Of a stretch of 41,501 nucleotides of DNA, positions 28,307-36,076 are shown in pieces. How positions within the stretch are numbered: position 1 is the stretch's first letter; each line of letters begins with the position of its first letter. The stretch lies in the IMG/VR virus record IMGVR_UViG_3300016265_000843, positions 1 through 41,501 of that record, one strand, 5' to 3'. A program made the position numbers and the translations under genes. Below the pieces are notes generated by a model. It saw only the letters and a program-made list of their open reading frames with translations, ran no database searches and had not been told where the DNA came from. Origin of the DNA: a virus (Duplodnaviria > Caudoviricetes).

Positions 28307-28645
28307 ATGGACATCTTTCACTACCACCCAATCACTGGCGCTTTCCTGGGTGCCGGCAAGGCGGATCCTTCTCCGCTTGAAAAGGACACATGGCTCATTC
28401 CGGCCCATGCGACGGAAATCAAGCCGCCCGTTGCAGAAGATGGCCAACAGGCCGTCTACCGCAACGACCTATGGGTCATAGAGAACCTTCCTGAGCCCGA
28501 ACCTGAACCTGAGCCGACTGCGCAAGCAGCTGTGCAGTTTCCAGATCCAGCTGCGCCACTGACCGCCGCCGAGCGCCTGGAGGCCGCCGGGTTCAGTCTG
28601 GACGAGCTGCGTGAGCTGTTGCTAGGGCGCCCTGGCCCCGTCTGA
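28307..28645 (+). CDS. Tail fibre assembly chaperone (Tfa-like)
   Basis: YHPITGAFLG...ADPSPLE..WLIPAHATEIKPP; directly after the tail collar gene. Confidence 0.75.
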   Translation: MDIFHYHPITGAFLGAGKADPSPLEKDTWLIPAHATEIKPPVAEDGQQAVYRNDLWVIENLPEPEPEPEPTAQAAVQFPDPAAPLTAAERLEAAGFSLDELRELLLGRPGPV

Positions 28646-28675
28646 CAGACTCGTTACGCTGCGGGGGTGCAGACA

Positions 28676-28861
28676 ATGACCATGGAGCCAGCCACGATCA
28701 TTGCTGCCCTGGGGCTCCTCGGTGCCGGCGTTGCCGGTATCTGGAAGATCGCCGGGCAGTTCGGTGATTTCCGCGGCCGGACCAACACCTGCATCGAGCA
28801 CCTCACGCGGCTGACCAGCAAGCACGACGAGCGGATCTCCACCCTTGAGAGGGCCCGCTGA
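28676..28861 (+). CDS. Small membrane protein with coiled-coil tail (possible lysis accessory)
   Basis: N-terminal hydrophobic helix IIAALGLLGAGVAGIW; ends HDERISTLE. Confidence 0.6.
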   Translation: MTMEPATIIAALGLLGAGVAGIWKIAGQFGDFRGRTNTCIEHLTRLTSKHDERISTLERAR

Positions 28862-29046
28862 TGGATCGCATCGCCAGCTATGTCGCCGTCGCCGTCGCCA
28901 TCCACGGCCTGGCGCTGGTGATCGTCAACATCACCCCCACCCCCAAGGACAACGAAGCCCTCGACAACATCAGCCGCCTGGCCGTGAAGACCTATCGACT
29001 GATCGAGGTCATCGCCGGGCTGTGGGGCCCCCTGGCCAAGCGCTGA
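28861..29046 (+). CDS. Putative holin-like small membrane protein
   Basis: Hydrophobic N-terminus and VNITPTPKDNE motif. Confidence 0.55.
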   Translation: MDRIASYVAVAVAIHGLALVIVNITPTPKDNEALDNISRLAVKTYRLIEVIAGLWGPLAKR

Positions 29047-29066
29047 ATCCCTGCACCTGTGAAACC

Positions 29067-29363
29067 ATGGCCGACCTCGCCAAACAGCTCGAAGACCTCC
29101 ACGCTGCCGTCGTCGAAACCGTCAAGACCCGCATCGAAAACGGCGGCACCCGCGACGACAACGGCAACCTCCTCGAACCCCTCAGCAACGACGACCTCCG
29201 CGTCGCCCTGCAGCTGCTGAAGCAGAACCAGATCAGTGCCGCTGCCATGCCAAGCACCCCAACGGCAGACCTGGCGCGAATGGCCGGCAAGCTGAACTTC
29301 CAGACCCTGGAAGCAAAGGCCAAGGTCGTGCCCATCCGCGCAGACGACAAGCTCAGCGCCTGA
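29067..29363 (+). CDS. Terminase small subunit (T7 gp18-like)
   Basis: LEDLHAAV...DLRVALQLLKQNQI pattern; ATG at 29067. Confidence 0.75.
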   Translation: MADLAKQLEDLHAAVVETVKTRIENGGTRDDNGNLLEPLSNDDLRVALQLLKQNQISAAAMPSTPTADLARMAGKLNFQTLEAKAKVVPIRADDKLSA

Positions 29364-31119
29364 CGCCCCCGTAGGCCATGCCACGAGGCCGCGGCGTCCA
29401 ACCAAGCGCCAGAGCATCAATGCTGGCGCCCGTCTCGTCAAACCACGCTTTCAGGTTGGCCTCGTCGATCTCGTCTTGGCGAACCTGACGCGCCACCTTC
29501 TGGTCCTGCGCGGCGGCCTCCACAAACCAGCCGACGCCCAGCGATAAGGCATCAATCCGGTCGTCAAACTGCAGCGCCCCACGCTCGGTCGTGATTCGAC
29601 TGAGCTGGTACATCAACGAGCGGGCGTGGCCGCTGTCAGGATCGCGCTCAGCGCCGGCCCAGTCCTGTTGGATCACCTCTTGATTCACGACCAGGCGGTG
29701 CTGCTGCACCACTGGGGCCAGCACGTCGACGATCCGCCGTTCCTTCTGCCCTGACACGCGCTTCTCCTCGACCGAGCAGGGATGAACCGCCTTCACCACG
29801 GGTTGCAGCAGTGCGGTGAACATGCCATCGCCCAGGTTGGATTCCGCCACGATGGTGTTCACCTTCCACCGCAGCGCCTTCTGCGCCAGCAGCTGCAGAA
29901 CCTCTGGCTCGTACCCCCTGGTCGTGCCACCGGCCTCCAGCAGGAACAGGTTGCCATTCAGCTCTGCAATCACCGCCCAGGCCAGCTCATCGCTACCGCG
30001 GCCGGATGGATCCACCGCCAGGATGCACCGCCAGGTTTCCTTCTGCGGCACCCACCCCTGCACCAGCGCCGGGCCGTAATAGGTGCGGTCACTGCCGAGC
30101 CCCACGCATGGCAGGCTCTGCAGGCGGTGCTCATTGGCCGAGGACCACCCCACCACGTCTGGCAACGCCTTGCCATCCAGCGGCATCACGATCAGATCGC
30201 CCAGCCGGATCGGGTAGCGATCAAGCGTCGACAGGCGGCAGTTCAGCATCAGCTGCAGTTGCACGCCGGCTCGCGTCGTCCGCATTTCCCGGCTGCGCAG
30301 TTCCTGCTCGCCAAAACGCTCAGGGTCGGTCGGCTTGCCGGCCAGGCTCGGGTCGGCTTCAACCTCTGCTGCGATCAGTGGATCCAGCCCACCCTCGTAA
30401 CACTCCCACTGATCCGGGTCTGCCGGGTTGGGGTATCGCGCCGGCCAGTACCGGATCGCGTAGTTCCGCTCACGCACCAGCCGCAGATAGAGCGATGTCT
30501 CCAGGTGCGGCGTGCCGAGGAACATGATCATCCGCGGCAGATCCTGGCCTTCATCCGGCTTGAGGATCATTTCGAGCTCGGTCACGGCCTGCGCCAGGCG
30601 CTCCTGCTTGAGCGGCGTGATCGAGTTGTTCAGCGTCTCGATGTCGTCTGGGATGGCGCAGGTGCAGCGCTTGCCGGTCAATGCAGGCGACAGGATGCCA
30701 ACCGCTCGCACCGATGGGCTCTGATCAACGATCGCAGGCCCCACGTCAAAGGCCTTGGTTGAGCTCCGGCCATCGGCCCGTGGCTCCAGGCACCGCAGGA
30801 TGTCAATGTCGCGGATGCAGCGCTGCATGAAGGTCGTAACCTCCACCGCCTTCTCCAGCGTGCTGCCAGGGATCAGCACCTTCTCGTTGAACGGATCGAT
30901 CCGCAGCCGATGCAACGCCCGGAAGGCGGCCATGGTGCTCTTGGCCACACCACGAAAACCCACCGTGATCTGACGGTTTGGGCCGTTCTCCATCCAGTCG
31001 CAGATGCCCAGCTGCTGCTTGGTGGGCTCATCCGCCAGGTTCAGCTCCCGCAGCAGGTAGCAGACGAAGTACGGGAACCGCCCAGGGCCAATCTCAGGCG
31101 GGATCGGAGTCCAGCTCAC
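29353..31119 (-). CDS. Terminase large subunit (T7 gp19-like), inverted
   Basis: PTKQQ, GFRGVAKS (Walker A), IPDDIE (Walker B), LGTP, YWPARYP, VDPSGRGSDE, DDRIDAL nuclease motifs. Confidence 0.96.
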   Translation of the reverse strand: MSWTPIPPEIGPGRFPYFVCYLLRELNLADEPTKQQLGICDWMENGPNRQITVGFRGVAKSTMAAFRALHRLRIDPFNEKVLIPGSTLEKAVEVTTFMQRCIRDIDILRCLEPRADGRSSTKAFDVGPAIVDQSPSVRAVGILSPALTGKRCTCAIPDDIETLNNSITPLKQERLAQAVTELEMILKPDEGQDLPRMIMFLGTPHLETSLYLRLVRERNYAIRYWPARYPNPADPDQWECYEGGLDPLIAAEVEADPSLAGKPTDPERFGEQELRSREMRTTRAGVQLQLMLNCRLSTLDRYPIRLGDLIVMPLDGKALPDVVGWSSANEHRLQSLPCVGLGSDRTYYGPALVQGWVPQKETWRCILAVDPSGRGSDELAWAVIAELNGNLFLLEAGGTTRGYEPEVLQLLAQKALRWKVNTIVAESNLGDGMFTALLQPVVKAVHPCSVEEKRVSGQKERRIVDVLAPVVQQHRLVVNQEVIQQDWAGAERDPDSGHARSLMYQLSRITTERGALQFDDRIDALSLGVGWFVEAAAQDQKVARQVRQDEIDEANLKAWFDETGASIDALALGWTPRPRGMAYGGVRR

Positions 31120-31121
31120 AA

Positions 31122-31158
31122 GGAGACCCCCTCAGCTTTCAGGGCCAAGGGGGTCTCC
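31122..31158. terminator. 11 bp-stem hairpin immediately upstream of the terL start codon
   Basis: GGAGACCCCCT (31122-31132) / AGGGGGTCTCC (31148-31158). Confidence 0.55.
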
Positions 31159-31226
31159 CAACCACACCACGCAAGAGGACTTGCGCAGTCACCAACAGGG
31201 AACCACCCCTGATAGGCGCTCACACC

Positions 31227-31448
31227 CTACTCCGCGAAGGCCTCGTTGACGTCCGGCGTGGCCGGGTCATCGGCCTCGAACTGCCCCGTCTTGCGACGTG
31301 CCCGCTTCGGCGTTGTGGGCGCGTCCTCTTGGGCAGGAGCAGCAGTTCCAGCAAGCGCAGCCTCAGCTGCCGCCACCACGTCATCAGGAACATCCGACCC
31401 CCAGGCCACAAGGCCAAGCCGTGCCCGGTCGGCATTGGAGACGTACAC
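31227..31448 (-). CDS. Small phage protein with RAR...G.FEADDP.TP.VNEA C-terminus
   Basis: Probable GTG start at 31448 inside a CTGCACCCGTGTAC motif; MYVSNADRARLGL...ADDPATPDVNEAFAE. Confidence 0.65.
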   Translation of the reverse strand: MYVSNADRARLGLVAWGSDVPDDVVAAAEAALAGTAAPAQEDAPTTPKRARRKTGQFEADDPATPDVNEAFAE

Positions 31449-31480
31449 GGGTGCAGAGCAGACAGGCACAGCGTATCGCC

Positions 31481-31864
31481 TCAGTCGTTTTCTTCCAGCG
31501 CCAGCCTGAACTGCGCCCACAGGTGGCCGCGGTTCTGTGCGCTGCCGACGCTTGCGATGTACGGGTTCAAGATGAAGTAATGCGCTCCAGCCTGGCTGTC
31601 GTACACCTTGACCAAGGCATTGACCACACGAAGTCGGCCAATCGCTTTGACGCATGAGATGTAGTGACAGCCGATCAGTTCGGCGATTGCCTTGGCCGAG
31701 CACCGGACTTTGCCAACCCGGTCCATGCGGCTGATCATCGCCAGCAAAACGCAGATGTCCATCGGCTGTAGCTGCTTGGTCGCCAGTGACTGGAACAGGC
31801 CTTCCAGCCCCTCCGCTTGATACACCATTGCGAATCGCTCTTTGTCGTCAAACTGTTGCGTCAT
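31481..31864 (-). CDS. Winged-HTH DNA-binding protein, RepL-like
   Basis: D..VLLAMI..MD, SAKAIAELIG...SCVKAIGRL HTH, wing ending YFILNP. Confidence 0.7.
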   Translation of the reverse strand: MTQQFDDKERFAMVYQAEGLEGLFQSLATKQLQPMDICVLLAMISRMDRVGKVRCSAKAIAELIGCHYISCVKAIGRLRVVNALVKVYDSQAGAHYFILNPYIASVGSAQNRGHLWAQFRLALEEND

Positions 31865-31910
31865 CGGGGAATGCGCGTCTTGTTGTATGGCGTGGTGTTT
31901 GCAAATGGCC

Positions 31911-31951
31911 TCCTAGGAAACTCGTAGGATTTTGGTAGGAAAGCCCTAGGG
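31911..31951. repeat. Four 8-bp boxes at 11-bp period (TCCTAGGA consensus)
   Basis: TCCTAGGA 31911, TCGTAGGA 31922, TGGTAGGA 31933, CCCTAGGG 31944. Confidence 0.85.
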
Positions 31952-32857
31952 CCGCATTGGCAATCCCTTGTCTCACGGGTGGTCTTGCGAGAAGGCAAAA
32001 TAAGAACCCTGTCATACCAAGGGATTCCATTTCGGCTGGGCTAACCCACATTAGCCCGGAGCACTCCGACAACCCAACCCCCCACAGGGCCGTTTTCGAG
32101 CTCTCTAATTCTTAGATAAAGGGTTAATACCCCCGGGGCACCCGGGGACGGCCAGGCAACCCAGCTCGCAAGCTCGCTTCACACGAAGGATTAGGCCGGA
32201 AATGGGTTTCCCCCGTCGACAGATCCGGCCAGCAGCCACGCCCCACCCCACCTCCGGGGCCTTCTCACTGCATCACCCCTGCAGAAGCGCCAGGAAGGCC
32301 CCTCCGATGGGGTGGGGCTCCACTGACACCGATCCCTTCCTTCCGTGCCCTTCCTGCCCCTGCTGGGCACCTCTCCGCGTGTGTTCGTGTTCGATCGGTG
32401 TCCCAGCTTCACCCCTGCAGATCAGTTCGCACCCCTCGCACCTCCCTCATCGCAGACCGCTTTCCCGTTTTTGGGTCGCGTGATGTGGTGGGTTCCCAGC
32501 GCTGGGCGAGCTGCTCCGCCCCCCGTGCCCCGGTCGTTGCCGCCCCTGGGGGCGTCGCTGCCGCTGGCGGGGGCCTGCCTGCCCTGCTGCCGCAGCGCTA
32601 AGGCCAGGGCCCTGCCTGCGCCCGCCTCCGTTGCGGATTGTTGATCCGCTGCCACCTGCCCGGGCGCCAGCTGGCGGGGCCTGCTGGCCGGGCCGGGCGC
32701 CGGCTGCCGGCCTGCCCTGATCCCTGAATGTTAAGAGTTGCGACAGTTACCCACCGCCACCCGCCACCCGGTCGCCATCCGCCCCGATCCGCGCCCACAC
32801 TGTCGGCAGGTCTGCATAGCTGCAGGCCACACCACACCACACCAAGGAGGAGGACCA

Positions 32858-33214
32858 ATGAGGACGGAGACGAGCGCAGCGGGCCTGGGGGAGTTGCACC
32901 CGGTCGAGCTGTTGTTGCTGCTGGGGCTGGCGGTTGCGCTGGCGATTTGGGAGCTGAGCGTGGCTCTGATCGGGCTGGCGGGCGCCGCGGCCGGCTGGCG
33001 GGCGCCGATGGCACCGGCCACGGCACCGGCTGAGATCGAGCGGGCGCCGATGGCACCGGCTGCACCGATGGCGCACCCGATCGGCGAAGCGCTGGCGGAG
33101 CTGGGGACGCTGACGGTTCGGGAGCTGCGGGCGATGGCCCGGGAAGCCGGCCACCGCCAACTGGCGCGCAATGGGCGCCGGGCTGATCTGCTGGCAGCGC
33201 TGGGGGCGATCTGA
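32858..33214 (+). CDS. Early membrane-anchored protein with C-terminal Rho-N/HeH-like domain
   Basis: ATG 32858 after (CCACA)3 + AGGAGGAGG; hydrophobic segment; LTVRELRAMAREAG...RRADLLAAL. Confidence 0.7.
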   Translation: MRTETSAAGLGELHPVELLLLLGLAVALAIWELSVALIGLAGAAAGWRAPMAPATAPAEIERAPMAPAAPMAHPIGEALAELGTLTVRELRAMAREAGHRQLARNGRRADLLAALGAI

Positions 33215-33408
33215 TGCGGCGCTGGATTCCTGAGCTGATCGGCGCTGCTGTGCCGCTGGCGGCTGTTGCGGGCTGGATCTGTTGGATGCAGGCGGTCTAC
33301 GGGCCGACCTATGCGGACGCCACCCGATACGTGTTGCCGGCATGGCTGACGGAGGCGACGACACCGGCGCCGACCAGGGCGATGCCTGAGCGATTCCCTG
33401 GCCCCTGA
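33214..33408 (+). CDS. Small early membrane protein
   Basis: TGATG coupling; hydrophobic N-terminus. Confidence 0.55.
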   Translation: MRRWIPELIGAAVPLAAVAGWICWMQAVYGPTYADATRYVLPAWLTEATTPAPTRAMPERFPGP

Positions 33409-33469
33409 GGGGGCGGGCCCGGCCGGGGCCTGTAACCCGGCCACACCACACCACACGAGAGGACCACCG

Positions 33470-33736
33470 ATGACGACGACACGCGACGCGCTGACACGCG
33501 AACCGCTGCCAAACCCATGGCCCGGCAACCCCAACGCCTACGAATGCCCATGGGGCTGTAACGGCACCGGCTCGCTGCCGTGGTTTGCCCACGTGGCGGG
33601 CGGGGTCTGCTTCGCCTGCCACGGCAAGGGCTGGCAGCTAGGGCGGGGCAGCCGCGGCCCGATCAAGCGGACGCCACAGCAGACGCCAACCGGGCGCCGC
33701 TGGCGCCGGGAGGGCGGCCGGATCGTCCCGGCCTGA
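33470..33736 (+). CDS. Early Zn-finger protein (DnaJ-like CxxCxGxG pattern)
   Basis: CPWGCNGTG...GGVCFACHGKG. Confidence 0.7.
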   Translation: MTTTRDALTREPLPNPWPGNPNAYECPWGCNGTGSLPWFAHVAGGVCFACHGKGWQLGRGSRGPIKRTPQQTPTGRRWRREGGRIVPA

Positions 33737-33811
33737 TCGACGGCAGCACGGAGGCCCAGGGCGATGCCCGCGGCCTCTCTGCTGCCCTCAGGCAGCAACC
33801 ACACCACACCG
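33733..33811 (+). repeat. Structured intergenic direct repeat copy 1 (upstream of ardA)
   Basis: First 31 bp identical to 34403-34433; long hairpin plus CCACACCACACC. Confidence 0.9.
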
Positions 33812-33827
33812 CACAGGAGGGCCACCC

Positions 33828-34406
33828 ATGGCCACCACAACCACAACCAGGCCGCAAGCAATCGCCACCACATGCCCCGCCGTGGGCGTTTACGTGGCGT
33901 GTCTCGCCGCCTACAACGCCGGCCGCCTTCATGGGGCCTGGATTGATCTGGAGGAATGCCACGACGTCGACGACCTACAGGAGGCGATCGACTGGGTTCT
34001 GAAGGGCAGCCCTGAACCAGGGGCGGAGGAATGGGCCGTTCATGATTCCTGCGGCCTGCCCGGCTATCTGAGCCGGACGGAATGGCCGGAGCTGGCGCAG
34101 CTGATCGAGTGGGCGCAGGTCGCGGCCGAGCTCGGCGACGACGACGAGCTGGAGGCCTACCGGATCGAATGCGACAACCAGGGCGAGACCGTCACGATCG
34201 ACGCCTTCCGCGACGTTTACCGCGGGGTCCACACCAGCGGCGAGGACTACGCCCAGGAGCTGGCAGAGGAGATCGGCGCCATCCCGGCGGATGCCGGTTG
34301 GCCCGTCCGTTGCATCGATTGGGAGGCGGCTTGGCGAGAGCTCACCTTTGACGGCTACCGCGACGAGCGCTGCAGCAGCGGCGGGGTTCACGTGTTCTGC
34401 GGCTGA
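33828..34406 (+). CDS. ardA: Antirestriction protein ArdA (DNA mimic)
   Basis: VYVACLAAYNAGRLHGAWID, AEEWAVHD, EDYAQELAEE, IDWEAAWREL; very acidic. Confidence 0.92.
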   Translation: MATTTTTRPQAIATTCPAVGVYVACLAAYNAGRLHGAWIDLEECHDVDDLQEAIDWVLKGSPEPGAEEWAVHDSCGLPGYLSRTEWPELAQLIEWAQVAAELGDDDELEAYRIECDNQGETVTIDAFRDVYRGVHTSGEDYAQELAEEIGAIPADAGWPVRCIDWEAAWRELTFDGYRDERCSSGGVHVFCG

Positions 34407-34485
34407 TCGACGGCAGCACGGAGGCCCAGGGCGGCGACGCCCGCGGCTTCCCTGCTGCCCTCCAGGCAGCGACCACACCACACCG
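34403..34485 (+). repeat. Structured intergenic direct repeat copy 2 (downstream of ardA)
   Basis: Matches 33733..33811 with structure-preserving differences. Confidence 0.9.
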
Positions 34486-34497
34486 AGAGGATCACCG

Positions 34498-34845
34498 ATG
34501 ACGACCACGACACAGGAGCCCGCCTACGTCACGGCCGGGGAGTCGAACATGAAGCAATGGCCGCCACAGCGCCGCGCAGACGATGCGGCGAAGTGGGGAC
34601 CACTGACTCAAACCGAGCTCCTCCGGCGCCTGGTGGCTGAAGACCGTTGGCACAGGGACGCGTGCATGCGCCGAGGGATCAAAGACAGCCCGGCGTATTT
34701 CATCGCCTGGAAGGAGCTTCAGGACCGGCGGCATCGCTGCATCCAGCGCACCGGCCGCGACTGCGGCTGCGGCCTGCAGATTGACCGGCTGCCCCTCCAC
34801 GCCGAGAGGGTCGCCCGTGAGGTGCAAACGGCCACCCACTGGTGA
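34498..34845 (+). CDS. Hypothetical early protein
   Basis: ATG 34498 after CCACACCACACC-GAGAGG. Confidence 0.6.
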   Translation: MTTTTQEPAYVTAGESNMKQWPPQRRADDAAKWGPLTQTELLRRLVAEDRWHRDACMRRGIKDSPAYFIAWKELQDRRHRCIQRTGRDCGCGLQIDRLPLHAERVAREVQTATHW

Positions 34846-34909
34846 ACCACAGCGGCCCGCCGGAGCCGCACCCAATCCGGCGCCAACCACACCACCCCGA
34901 GGCCATCCA

Positions 34910-35086
34910 ATGCCCCGAACTCGTTTCTATCCGATGCCGTGCCGGTCGCTCTACTGCGGCGAGACCACCTGCCCGGAGACGTGCCCGCACCGGCAGGAGC
35001 TGCAAGCGTTCCAGCAGTGGCGCCAGCAGACCAACGCCTACCAGCCAGACCCGATCTGGTGCCCCACTGCATGGACCGAGGCCTGA
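34910..35086 (+). CDS. Small Cys-rich early protein
   Basis: ATG 34910 after CCACACCACCCC-GAGG; CRSLYCGETTCPETCPH. Confidence 0.6.
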   Translation: MPRTRFYPMPCRSLYCGETTCPETCPHRQELQAFQQWRQQTNAYQPDPIWCPTAWTEA

Positions 35087-35089
35087 TCG

Positions 35090-35278
35090 ATGACCACCGC
35101 CGAACTCACGCCCGACGAGCGGGCGCTCATCACCGCCCTGGTGGGCCCGCGCCTGCGGGTCCTGTCCGATCTGCTAGCCGCTCAGGTGGTCGGGCTTCCG
35201 CCCGGCTGCAGCGACTGGGCGGACACCGCCGACGCGCTGGCCATCGCCCGCGGGTTACTGGTGAAGGTGAACCAATGA
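35090..35278 (+). CDS. Hypothetical early protein
   Basis: 62 aa; coupled to the downstream ATG. Confidence 0.55.
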   Translation: MTTAELTPDERALITALVGPRLRVLSDLLAAQVVGLPPGCSDWADTADALAIARGLLVKVNQ

Positions 35279-35559
35279 GCCGCCGCCGTATCCCGTGGCT
35301 GATCAAGGCCGCAACCATGCCCTGCGTTGCCGTGTTTGCGGGGTTTGTCCTGGTGCCGTGCTGGGTTGTTTCCAGCTGGTGGCGCTGGCATCGAGCCGGC
35401 GCCAAGGTGCACGACCGTGTGACCAGGCAGCGCCGCGACCAGGCCGTAGCCGCCTGGCAGGCAATCGACGCCGCCACCCGCGCCGAACTGCTGGCCCATG
35501 GCCTGATGGACACCCCCGAAAACCGCACGCGGCTGCGCGGCAGCAGGAGGCGCGCATGA
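35275..35559 (+). CDS. Small early membrane protein
   Basis: ATG 35275; hydrophobic CVAVFAGFVLVPCWVV; ATGA coupling at both ends. Confidence 0.55.
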   Translation: MSRRRIPWLIKAATMPCVAVFAGFVLVPCWVVSSWWRWHRAGAKVHDRVTRQRRDQAVAAWQAIDAATRAELLAHGLMDTPENRTRLRGSRRRA

Positions 35560-35915
35560 ATGCCGAACAGCAGGCTGCCGAGCGGGTGGCCGGGATGCTG
35601 GGCGGCATCCGCACCGCCTTCAAGACCGCCCGGGCGAATGCGCCACATGCAGCAGTCGCTGAGGTGCTGCTGTGGATCGCCGCCGGCTACGACCACCGCT
35701 CCGACCTGGTGCAGATCACCGGGATGAACGAAACGGAGGTGAAACGGGTGGTGTGCTCGCTGATCGGCCGTGGCCGCAGGGATCACGGCCGCTATGTCGA
35801 CAGCGCCTTGCAGCTGGTGGAGGCCAGACCCCACCCGCATCGCCGAGGTGAACAGCTGCGCCTGACCCCCGAGGCCAAGGCCTTGATCTCCAGTACGTTT
35901 GTTCCACTTGCATAG
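35556..35915 (+). CDS. MarR-like winged-HTH protein 1
   Basis: AGGAGG RBS; AEVLLWIA, RSDLVQITGM.ETEVKRVV, LVEARPHP.RRGEQLRLTPEAK. Confidence 0.7.
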   Translation: MNAEQQAAERVAGMLGGIRTAFKTARANAPHAAVAEVLLWIAAGYDHRSDLVQITGMNETEVKRVVCSLIGRGRRDHGRYVDSALQLVEARPHPHRRGEQLRLTPEAKALISSTFVPLA

Positions 35916-36049
35916 GTGCAGAGCATTATGCGCGTTTCGCTGCTGATCAGCTTCGAGCTACCGGCCGGCTCCCACTGGTATCACTGGTCTGTCTGGCATC
36001 AGCGCCATGGGGGGCGTCACTCCCTAGCTGTGCAGCGGTGCCAGAGTGC

Positions 36050-36068
36050 GCCTAGGAGTTTCCTAGGT
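36050..36068. promoter_or_regulatory. Two TCCTAGGA-type boxes at 11-bp period before the MarR2-integrase genes
   Basis: GCCTAGGA 36050, TCCTAGGT 36061. Confidence 0.7.
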
Positions 36069-36076
36069 GTTTCCCA

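Noticed and set aside
31848-32051. Minus-strand ORF MWVSPAEMESLGM resembling the start of 31227..31448 (MYVSNADRARLGL)
   Set aside because: Similarity limited to about 13 residues and the ORF crosses the repeat array; could be chance
32725-32748. CRP/NtcA-like site TGTTAAGAGTTGCGACA before the early genes
   Set aside because: Spacing and half-sites do not fit either consensus; single occurrence
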